A stretch of DNA of 32,000 nucleotides, taken from positions 74,351 through 106,350 of the forward strand of contig NZ_LGHJ01000008.1 of NCBI RefSeq assembly GCF_001306055.1, in the 5' to 3' direction. A program made the translations under genes and the position numbers. Numbering within the stretch: position 1 is the first letter of the stretch; every line of letters begins with the position of its first letter. Of the stretch, positions 1 to 6,951 are shown one piece after another. This DNA is from Bellilinea caldifistulae. Lineage in GTDB: Bacteria > Chloroflexota > Anaerolineae > Anaerolineales > Anaerolineaceae. The notes beneath the pieces are model-generated. The model made no database searches. It was not told the origin of the DNA and was given only the letters and a program-made list of their open reading frames with translations.

Positions 1-597
1 CCCTGAGTACGAACTACCTGAAGCAAATTTGTTATCCAGATTGCTAGGGAGTGATGTCTTCCCGTAACTGATCGAGGTTGAACAACCAGAAGGACCGTAA
101 TACTCTACCAGGAGAGATCCATAGTTCGTGTTATCGTAGAATTTAGCAATCAGGTAGCTTGAGTCAAGCGAGATACCATTGATCGAATCAATCGGGCCGC
201 TGGAGCAAACCGGTTCCGATTCCTTAGATTCTTGTTCGCCAGGTTGGATCGGCTCAAGGAAGAACACACAGCGGTACACTGATTCCTGGGACGGGCCAAA
301 GACCACTTCGCTCTTTTCAGTTGGCTCGTATGGCATTATTTCCCAGCCTTCATCTCCTGGTTTGATGGGCTCGAGGAATTCAACCTGCGCTTCTGTGATG
401 GGCTCACATCTCTGGTCACTGGTCGTCGAGCTCGAATCTCCTGTCTGGATCGGCTCGAGGTTGACAACCTGAGCATAGCCAGGGGGACATTCCAGCTCTG
501 CTCCGATGTTCTCAGCAGAGGCCCTATGGATCGCATATGCCATCAGGCCGCCCGCCAGGACGAGAATCCCAATAGCTAACAGTATTTTTCGCAGCAT
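1..597 (-). CDS. membrane-anchored or secreted repeat protein; 3' end cut by window edge
   Basis: Hand translation of the minus strand from ATG 597-595 stays open to base 1 (199 codons). It is absent from the ORF track because no stop lies in the window. The N-terminus MLRKILLAIGILVLAGGLMAYAIHRASA is a signal/anchor helix. Three spaced repeats follow: LEPIQTGD, LEPIKPGD, LEPIQPGE. The C-terminal part is Cys-containing (FYDNTNYG...YYGPSGC). Track ORFs 179-472(+) and 336-536(-) are shadow frames of this gene. Confidence 0.6.
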   Translation of the reverse strand, partial: MLRKILLAIGILVLAGGLMAYAIHRASAENIGAELECPPGYAQVVNLEPIQTGDSSSTTSDQRCEPITEAQVEFLEPIKPGDEGWEIMPYEPTEKSEVVFGPSQESVYRCVFFLEPIQPGEQESKESEPVCSSGPIDSINGISLDSSYLIAKFYDNTNYGSLLVEYYGPSGCSTSISYGKTSLPSNLDNKFASGSSYSG

Positions 598-681
598 ATT
601 TGCACCTCCTGAAATAGATTTGATTTAGCTGCTCCACCGATTTCAGGATAGCAAATTAGGTGTCAAGTCTTTGTTAAGTGT

Positions 682-1908
682 TTATGAATTGGGGAAATCG
701 CCCTTATCTGCGGGCAGCCAGATCGTAAAGATGCTGCCCACACCCGGTGTACTTGTTACCTCAATATGACCGCGGTGTAACTGTATAATATGAGCTGCGA
801 TGGATAAGCCCAGTCCAGCTCCCCCCTTGTGCTGGTCACGTGATTTGTCCACCCGGTAGAATCGCTCGAAAATGTGAGGAAGTTCTTCTGAAGGAATTCC
901 GATTCCCGTATCTGAAACTCTGATCAGGATCCATCCTTCCCGTCGTTGGACGGCGACCTTAACAGAACCACCAGAATGATTATAGCGGATTCCATTCTCT
1001 ATCAGATTGCTTATTGCTCTAACCAGTAGAGGCCCGTTGGCCAGAAGCGTCTCTTCATGCACTGACTCTAGGTGTAAAGTCACCCCGCAGCTTTGCGCCA
1101 GAAGGCGGTTTTCTTCCAGGGTCTCCTCTATCAAGACACCCAGGTCGACGGGTTCCAGCCGCAACTCTTTTTCCCCACTGGTCAGCAAGAGGAGATCCTC
1201 CACCAATCTTTCCAATCTTGTTAAGGCTCGATCCTGGACGGCAGCGGCCTGTCGGTAGTCGGCCAGAGAAGCCTCAGAATCCTGTTGGAGCACTTCTAGG
1301 TTCATGCGCAGAGTTGCCAGTGGGGTGCGCAATTCGTGGGCTGCATCGGCCACAAATTGACTTTGTTGTTCGAAAGCCCGTTCCAGGCGCGCCAGCATGT
1401 CATCGAAAGCATCAGCCAGTTCTTTCACCTCATCTTGCGGCCCATCCAGGGAGAGCCGCCGATGAAGCGTGTCGGCTCGGATTTGTCGAACCAAGTCGCC
1501 AAGATTATGCACTGGGTGTAATGCTTGAAGGGTGATCCAATAAGCGCCCAAGGCTCCCAGCAGGGTGAAAATTCCTACCCCGATCAGTGAGATGATGCGC
1601 ACTTCCCGGATGGCGATCTCCTGGACCTGTTCGGCAACCGGCGCTACCTCTGCAAATGGCACGAGCGTTTGAGTTTCTGAAGGAGCTGGCGAAGAGCGCG
1701 TGGGTACCAATTCAAAGGACTGCTCAGTCGGCGCCAGCAGCTCGACGCTAACCGCCCGAGGCAACCTGGCGGCCGTCAGGCTGTTGATAAGCACGATCAG
1801 CCCCAGGCCCATCGCAAACAACAAACCGGCCGTCCAGAGCGTCAATCTCCGGTGCAGCGTAAAGGACCTGGCAAGAGTATGCCGTGTATTTCCTAAAAAC
1901 ACCCTCAT
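682..1908 (-). CDS. sensor histidine kinase (TM + HAMP-like + HisKA + HATPase_c)
   Basis: H-box AAHELRTPLATL; G-boxes DTGIGIP and GGAGLGLSIAAHI; N-terminal TM helices. Its start overlaps the upstream response-regulator stop by 4 nt (ATGA). Confidence 0.9.
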   Translation of the reverse strand: MRVFLGNTRHTLARSFTLHRRLTLWTAGLLFAMGLGLIVLINSLTAARLPRAVSVELLAPTEQSFELVPTRSSPAPSETQTLVPFAEVAPVAEQVQEIAIREVRIISLIGVGIFTLLGALGAYWITLQALHPVHNLGDLVRQIRADTLHRRLSLDGPQDEVKELADAFDDMLARLERAFEQQSQFVADAAHELRTPLATLRMNLEVLQQDSEASLADYRQAAAVQDRALTRLERLVEDLLLLTSGEKELRLEPVDLGVLIEETLEENRLLAQSCGVTLHLESVHEETLLANGPLLVRAISNLIENGIRYNHSGGSVKVAVQRREGWILIRVSDTGIGIPSEELPHIFERFYRVDKSRDQHKGGAGLGLSIAAHIIQLHRGHIEVTSTPGVGSIFTIWLPADKGDFPNS

Positions 1909-2594
1909 GACAGATCCTCTTCTGGTACAAGGAGGCGATAACCCTGTCCGGTTACTGTTTCGATGAAGCGCGGCTTTTTAGCTGTATCTCCAAGTTTACG
2001 GCGCAGCGAATGGATGTGAGTCCGTACACTGGCGGTGAACAGGTTTACGTCCTCACTCCATACGTGCTCGATCAATTCCTCCTGGCTGACGACCTTGCCG
2101 GGATTGCGCATCAAATATTCCAGAATAGCCAGTTCCTTGCGAGTGAGCTCTAAACGTCGCTTCCCTTGCCAGGCTGTTCGGCTGGCTGGGTCTAATTTCA
2201 ATTCACCAGCGCGTAAAATTGGTTCCCGCACCCGCAGATCACGCCTCATCAATGCCCGGATGCGGGCTACCAATTCTTCAAAATGGAAAGGCTTGATTAA
2301 ATAATCATCCGCGCCCAGGTCTAAACCGGCCACTTTATCTTCAAGCCGGCTGCGAGCTGTCAACATCAAAATAAGTAGCTGTGGCTGTTTGGTGCGCAGT
2401 TGGCGGCAGATATCGAGTCCATCCATGCCAGGCAAATTGAGATCCAGGATCAACAAGTCGTACTCATTGACCTCCGCCAGCTCCAGGCCCTGCTCGCCAT
2501 CCGCGGCAAGATCCACCGCATAGCCAAGTTTTCGCAGGCCACGCGCCAGTGCATTTGCAAAGTCGACTTCATCTTCGATAATCAGGAGTTTCAT
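1905..2594 (-). CDS. OmpR-family response regulator
   Basis: Receiver domain (MKLLIIEDE...DLLILDLNLPGMDG...LTAR) plus a winged-helix C-terminus (LTRKELAILEYLMRNPG...VRTHIHSLRRKL...IETVTGQGYRL). Confidence 0.95.
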   Translation of the reverse strand: MKLLIIEDEVDFANALARGLRKLGYAVDLAADGEQGLELAEVNEYDLLILDLNLPGMDGLDICRQLRTKQPQLLILMLTARSRLEDKVAGLDLGADDYLIKPFHFEELVARIRALMRRDLRVREPILRAGELKLDPASRTAWQGKRRLELTRKELAILEYLMRNPGKVVSQEELIEHVWSEDVNLFTASVRTHIHSLRRKLGDTAKKPRFIETVTGQGYRLLVPEEDLS

Positions 2595-2829
2595 TGCTCA
2601 AATGGATTATAGCAGCAATCAAACTACCGGTTGTGCATGCCTGCCACACCCCTTCACATGACCTTGCAATCATCATAACGGGCCAGGGGTTAAATTTCTG
2701 TTAAGCTTTGATGTGAAAGTGGAAAGGGTTTTGAGATGAGGAATCAACTCTTTCGAGAAATGGAACGGAAAAATTAGGCAGAACGGAGACCCGACGCCCA
2801 TCTGGACCAACGCCCAGGCCTTTGCCAGC

Positions 2830-3015
2830 ATGAATAATAGTTACATGGCGCAATACGGTGTGCATGCCGTAGTGACAGGTATTATGGTAGATGCTAGTGA
2901 GGATACGGTGCTGGTGCAGGTGTCCGCAAATTTAGAGAGGTTGTTTCCAAGCGTGGTGCTGGAGGTGGTTGTTACCGAAAACGGATTTGCTAAAATAAGA
3001 GCATTTACCAGATAG
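2830..3015 (+). CDS. hypothetical small protein (61 aa), doubtful
   Basis: ORF only, with no recognisable motif. It sits between the host two-component genes and the element promoter, so it could be a remnant of the integration target. Confidence 0.25.
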   Translation: MNNSYMAQYGVHAVVTGIMVDASEDTVLVQVSANLERLFPSVVLEVVVTENGFAKIRAFTR

Positions 3016-3058
3016 GTGATCAGGATAAAATATCATAATGAAACTTTAGTAAATACTA

Positions 3059-3088
3059 TTGACAAACTATGTAAACTAATGCTATAAT
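3059..3088 (+). promoter_or_regulatory. sigma70-type consensus promoter (TTGACA-18 nt-TATAAT)
   Basis: TTGACA at 3059-3064 and TATAAT at 3083-3088 with an 18-nt spacer. It lies in an AT-rich stretch and faces into the element, about 100 nt upstream of the first element gene. Confidence 0.6.
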
Positions 3089-3122
3089 CTCAGCAATCGA
3101 ATAATTCAGTCACATACACGTT

Positions 3123-3167
3123 GGCCGGGACACTCCTGCTGGAGATACGTTCCGGCCGTTTTTGTTT
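3123..3167 (+). terminator. intrinsic terminator / attenuator in the 5' leader
   Basis: GGCCGG (3123-3128) pairs with CCGGCC (3152-3157). The stem is extended by G.U, A-U and C-G pairs and has an inner CTCC/GGAG helix (3133-3136 / 3141-3144). GTTTTTGTTT follows at 3158-3167. The hairpin lies between the promoter and the AGGAGG RBS (3178-3183). Confidence 0.55.
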
Positions 3168-3188
3168 AACCACTTTTAGGAGGCTACC

Positions 3189-3581
3189 ATGATCAACGAA
3201 GTCGTTCTCGAAGGGATTGTCGTCAAGACCTGGAAGTATGCCGAAGACCTGCTCTTCCGCATTGCCTGCTACCGCGATCCGGATCTGCCTTCCAAGTCGC
3301 TGAACGATGTACCGGATGCGGCTGATTTCGTCACCATCCGCGTACTCAAGGGCAACCTGGGCGCGCCAGTGGTAGTCGAGAAAGGTTACCACGTGCGGGT
3401 GCACGGTTTCTTGCAGAGCCGGGATTACGAAGAGAGCCTGGCGGACTTCCTGAAGGATGCCCGTGGGGCGGAGCTGCCGGTTCCGGAAAACCTGGATCCG
3501 AATGAGTTGCGCGCTCCGCGCGGTACGACCGAAGTCATTGCCCGGCGCATCATGAGCCAGCGCAACGGATCGAAAAGGTGA
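3189..3581 (+). CDS. OB-fold ssDNA-binding-like protein (divergent SSB/PriB-like), tentative
   Basis: AGGAGG lies 5 nt upstream of the ATG. The pattern MINEVVLEGIVV...FRIACYRD...DFVTIRV..G......KGYHVRVHGFLQSRDY resembles an SSB-type OB fold. There is no acidic C-terminal tip. Confidence 0.55.
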   Translation: MINEVVLEGIVVKTWKYAEDLLFRIACYRDPDLPSKSLNDVPDAADFVTIRVLKGNLGAPVVVEKGYHVRVHGFLQSRDYEESLADFLKDARGAELPVPENLDPNELRAPRGTTEVIARRIMSQRNGSKR

Positions 3582-4158
3582 CTCGTTTGACTGAATAGCC
3601 GTTTTCTACTGACGGCGATTCGCAATCATTCGCTTTATCCATCAGGGGGATATCGCAGAACAACCGAATAGTTCAGTTGATTATACGTAGGCCGGTGTGC
3701 TTCCCCCAGGAGGGTTGTACACCGGCCTTGCTGCTTTAAGAGCAGCCTGCACCTTGAAAAACAGCCTCTTTGTGTAAACGTTCTGCCCTGGCAGGCGGTG
3801 GCCGCTGCCCCTTACTCCGGGGGCGGGTGTCATTCCCAGAACATGGGAGTGCCGTGAGAAGCGCTGGAAGTCGTCCGCAAAGGCCAGGCTCATAAGATGC
3901 CAAATACTGAATGTATTGGCTGCCCGGTTGGCATACCACCGGCCGGGCAGCCTCTAATGGAACAGAGCAGCAAACTTTGTCCGCTGAGCCTCCGCTTGGC
4001 AGTCAAGGTTTGCTGCCCTGACGTGCCCTGAAGTTATGGAAGGGAAACAAGGGACAGTAAAGCGTTAGTTGGTGCGCCATCATATCTGGCGCAGTAACGT
4101 CGGAAACCAATCCCCAAACGTTTTTCTTCTGACACGAAAGGAGCGTAATGCATAAACG
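3582..4158 (+). other. 577-nt ORF-poor, hairpin-dense spacer (candidate structured RNA, ssDNA promoter/ssi or origin)
   Basis: There is no + strand ORF of 60 aa or more. The only minus ORFs (66-70 aa) lack features. At least six GC-rich perfect or near-perfect stems were verified by hand: 3592-3620, 3690-3727, 3730-3746, 3918-3952, 3967-4016 and 4073-4093. Confidence 0.35.
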
Positions 4159-5304
4159 ATGACTACCGCACCCCCCATCCTGGAAAACCAATTCCAACAT
4201 GAGCGCATGGCCCGGGCACAGGCTGCTCTACAGAATGGCGACATGCAGGTGATGGTCTTGACCGACTTCGCCTGGATAGTTGCCAGCAAGCGCAGCCATT
4301 ACACCGTCTCGCTAGATGGCGACGCCTGGACCTGCACCTGCCCGGATTTCACCGGACGCTGTCAGCGTTTTGGCTTGCGCTGCAAGCACATCGAAGCGGT
4401 CCGTCTCATTGAGACTGAGAAGATCGCCGAATCCGGGCAGGTAAGCCAGTACACGTATCCACAGTTCTCAACCACTCACACGGAGGAACAAATGACCCAA
4501 TCTGTACCAACACACGATCCACCTACGCTCGACTCATCTAGCGAGCAGATCCTTTGGCGGCTGCGACAACCGCTGGATATGAACCGCGTCAAGCGCCGCC
4601 AGGCTCCCGGGCAAGGAACAGTCCCTTACCTGGAAGGTTACGATGTGATCGAAACCGCCAACGACCTGTTTCTGTTCCACTGGTCGTTCGACCTGCTCAG
4701 CGAGCCGCACATCATGCGCTGGGACAAGGTGATCACCTTCTACGATCAGCGTTCCAGGAAGAAGGTGCCGGTTCTGGGCGAAGATGGCAAACCAACCACG
4801 GAGATCGCCGGCATCGCTTACATCACCGGCCGGATCACGGTCGAACTGGACGGCAAAGCCTACAATCATGCCGATGCCGGGCGCTGCATCTTCACTGGCG
4901 ATACGCCCGAAGCCCTGGATATGGCCATCGCCGGCGCGGTCACTGACTGCCTGAAACGCTGCTTCCGCCAGCTGGGCGAGCAGTTTGGCAATAGCCTGTA
5001 TGACAAGGAGATCGCAAGGACTGCCGGGCTGGAGAACGGTTCTTCGAATGGTCACGGATCGAACGGCAACGGGCAATCCGAAAAATCGACCAGTCAATCG
5101 GCATCGCCTAACTCGCCAGTGGCATCCAATTCGCCCGCATCCCAGGCGGAGGCGCTGCAATACCGGGATGGCGTAGCGGTGGACACAAGCAACGCTGCGG
5201 AATTGGAGGCTTTCAATGCCTTCAAGTCCGCCCATCAGGAGCTGGCTCCCGCCTCGCGCGAAGTGTTGCGCGCCTGGGTCGCCAGCCGCAACGGTAAGAA
5301 GTAA
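4159..5304 (+). CDS. SWIM zinc finger fused to Rad52/Rad22-family single-strand annealing protein
   Basis: N-terminal CTCPDFTGRCQRFGLRCKHIEAV matches the SWIM pattern CxC..CxH. The central VPYLEGYDVIETANDLFLFHWSF matches the Rad52 core Y(I/L)EG..VI..AN..FG..GWS. The C-terminal tail is low-complexity and S/N/G-rich. Confidence 0.8.
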   Translation: MTTAPPILENQFQHERMARAQAALQNGDMQVMVLTDFAWIVASKRSHYTVSLDGDAWTCTCPDFTGRCQRFGLRCKHIEAVRLIETEKIAESGQVSQYTYPQFSTTHTEEQMTQSVPTHDPPTLDSSSEQILWRLRQPLDMNRVKRRQAPGQGTVPYLEGYDVIETANDLFLFHWSFDLLSEPHIMRWDKVITFYDQRSRKKVPVLGEDGKPTTEIAGIAYITGRITVELDGKAYNHADAGRCIFTGDTPEALDMAIAGAVTDCLKRCFRQLGEQFGNSLYDKEIARTAGLENGSSNGHGSNGNGQSEKSTSQSASPNSPVASNSPASQAEALQYRDGVAVDTSNAAELEAFNAFKSAHQELAPASREVLRAWVASRNGKK

Positions 5305-5334
5305 TCCCATATTTGAGAGACGGAGGAAAATCCC

Positions 5335-5754
5335 ATGTCATTCCAAACGATCATCATCACCGGTCATCTCGGCCGCGACCCGGAGATGCGCTACACCCCT
5401 GCCGGGCAGGCTGTGACTAACTTCAACCTGGCTGCCAATAGGCAGTACACTGACTCGAGCGGCCAGGTGGTGAAGGAAACCACCTGGTTCCGGGTTTCTG
5501 CCTGGGGCAAGACTGCGGAAAACTGTAACCAGTACCTGCACAAAGGCAGCCTGGTGCTGGTGGAAGGCCGGCTGGTGTGCGACCCGGAGACGGGCGGACC
5601 ACGGCTCTATACCCGCCAGGATGGCTCGCCCGCCTCATCCTTCGAAGTGAGCGCCAGTACGGTGCGCTTCCTGTCGGGGCGTGAAGGGGAAAGCGAACCC
5701 GAACCTGCCGGGAATGGCTCGGCTGCACCCCAGCACGATGCCATTCCGTTCTGA
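5335..5754 (+). CDS. ssb: single-stranded DNA-binding protein
   Basis: Canonical SSB OB fold (IIITGHLGRDPEMRYTPAGQAVTNFNLAANR...TWFRVSAWGKTAENCNQYLHKGSLVLVEGRL). A Gly/Pro/Glu-rich linker follows, ending in the C-terminal tip DAIPF. GGAGG RBS upstream. Confidence 0.95.
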   Translation: MSFQTIIITGHLGRDPEMRYTPAGQAVTNFNLAANRQYTDSSGQVVKETTWFRVSAWGKTAENCNQYLHKGSLVLVEGRLVCDPETGGPRLYTRQDGSPASSFEVSASTVRFLSGREGESEPEPAGNGSAAPQHDAIPF

Positions 5755-5762
5755 TCCACACG

Positions 5763-5792
5763 AGATTGCCCTGGGTACGCCTGGGGCAATCT
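5763..5792 (+). terminator. stem-loop after ssb (weak terminator or processing site)
   Basis: AGATTGCCC (5763-5771) pairs with GGGCAATCT (5784-5792): a 9-bp stem with a 12-nt loop. The downstream U-tract is weak (TCTGAATT). Confidence 0.3.
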
Positions 5793-5818
5793 TCTGAATT
5801 CCCCACACGGAGGCAAAC

Positions 5819-6166
5819 ATGATCAAGAAGATTTACCGCGGCGAACCGGGCGGGTTAGTGAAAGTGATCCTGCCATCCGGCAAGTCGCGGCCCTTGCGAC
5901 ACGTGGTGCTGCATAGCCCAACCGGTTTCGGTTGGGGTTATGGCGGCTCTGGACCGGCAGACCTGGCACTGAGCATCTTGTGCGACGTACTGGGCGAGCG
6001 ACCGTCTGAGAAGCAGGTCTACCACGGACGGTTCAAAGCCTACCCACACCACCAGGATTTTAAGCGTGAGTTTGTCGCCCGATGGGAGTATGGCAGCGGG
6101 TTCGAGATCGCCCCGGATACCATCGCCGGTTGGCTGCGCAAGCGAGGCGTGGAGGTGCAGCCATGA
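5819..6166 (+). CDS. hypothetical protein (resembles DUF6166-type small proteins from memory; unverified)
   Basis: CACACGGAGG-N5-ATG initiation box. Conserved-looking core HSPTGFGWGYGGSGPADLALSIL. The stop overlaps the next gene's start (ATGA). Confidence 0.7.
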   Translation: MIKKIYRGEPGGLVKVILPSGKSRPLRHVVLHSPTGFGWGYGGSGPADLALSILCDVLGERPSEKQVYHGRFKAYPHHQDFKREFVARWEYGSGFEIAPDTIAGWLRKRGVEVQP

Positions 6167-6456
6167 CCGATGAGTACATCCTTGTACTGAGCGAAGCGAA
6201 CGTATCTGATGACGGTCCCGGCTCCGACCTGTTCGATCCCTACGAGACCGGCTGGTGGAAATCTGTCTCCAGCGATGAATCTGCACCTGCAGATCAGCCA
6301 TGCCCGAATTGCAATGGCGAAGGTTACGTTGTCGTCCGGGTCTATCCCTGGGACGGCTGTTCGTATGATGAAGAGCCATGCAAGTTCTGTAATCCGAGGA
6401 AGGATTACACAGAGCTGGATGACGAGTTCCTAGAGGATGTGGATATCCCCTTCTAA
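6163..6456 (+). CDS. small zinc-ribbon protein with acidic SSB-like C-terminal tip (..DDEFLEDVDIPF)
   Basis: ATG 6163 overlaps the upstream stop (ATGA), and the longer track ORF from 6082 is rejected. CPNCNGEG...CKFCNP gives a CxxC...CxxC zinc ribbon. The protein ends in DIPF after an acidic run. Confidence 0.7.
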   Translation: MTDEYILVLSEANVSDDGPGSDLFDPYETGWWKSVSSDESAPADQPCPNCNGEGYVVVRVYPWDGCSYDEEPCKFCNPRKDYTELDDEFLEDVDIPF

Positions 6457-6508
6457 TCGCTTCTCACCGTTGGCATTTCAATTCCCACACGTCCTGGAGG
6501 TACACAGC

Positions 6509-6934
6509 ATGCAAGATATCCTGAACCAAAAGGCGGGGATCGATCTGGCAGACAGGCCCACCCGCATCCGTGTGATCGGGCACACCTACCTGGTCGATTT
6601 CGGTCCTTCGACCCAACCCCGTTTTCACACCGTCAACAAGCAGCGCAGCTGCTCATGTCAGTTGAAGGAAAACTGCCCGGCCATCGAGGCTGTGGCGGAG
6701 TACCTGCGCAACGGCGGGCAGCGCGCTCCCGACCCGATGCCGCCCTGCCCGATTTGCGGCGCGGAGATTGTCCGTGACCGCAAGTGGGATGGCAAGTACA
6801 CCAAGGAGCTCGGCTGGCGCTGTACGGTAGGAGGTCTTCGACACTTCCTGGACGCCAAAGCCGAACGCATAAAAGAGGCGCTTCGCCGCAATCAAACAGC
6901 GGTCAGCGAACACGAAAGTGCAGCTGGCCGCTGA
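6509..6934 (+). CDS. SWIM-like / zinc-ribbon protein
   Basis: GGAGG at 6496-6500 lies 8 nt before ATG 6509. CSCQLKENCPAIEAV is a degenerate SWIM motif in which Ala replaces the His. A second motif, CPICGAEIV...WRC, is also present. Confidence 0.7.
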   Translation: MQDILNQKAGIDLADRPTRIRVIGHTYLVDFGPSTQPRFHTVNKQRSCSCQLKENCPAIEAVAEYLRNGGQRAPDPMPPCPICGAEIVRDRKWDGKYTKELGWRCTVGGLRHFLDAKAERIKEALRRNQTAVSEHESAAGR

Positions 6935-6951
6935 TTTTTTAATTGGAGGAA

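Noticed and set aside
179-536. Track ORFs 179-472(+) and 336-536(-).
   Set aside because: Both are shadow frames of the longer minus-strand frame 1-597. That frame has a signal/anchor sequence and internal repeats.
2595-3058. Direct or inverted repeats shared between the left junction (2595-3058) and the right junction (24440-24603), or a duplicated tRNA-Ser 3' segment, as att sites.
   Set aside because: Only chance-level matches of 7 nt or less were seen (for example TTCACAT). No tRNA fragment lies on the left side. Serine integrases need only tiny cores, so the boundaries remain undefined.
4534-5310. 258-aa ORF antisense to the SWIM-Rad52 gene. There are many similar long antisense or alternate-frame ORFs: 7477-7947, 7700-8242, 8973-9434, 16909-17403, 17617-18084, 19820-20311, 21300-21752, 23213-23782, 25809-26186 and 26720-27307.
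   Set aside because: Each lies opposite or inside a gene with clear domain motifs. Each has the R/A/G/P-rich, low-complexity composition typical of shadow frames in GC-rich coding DNA, and none has its own RBS.
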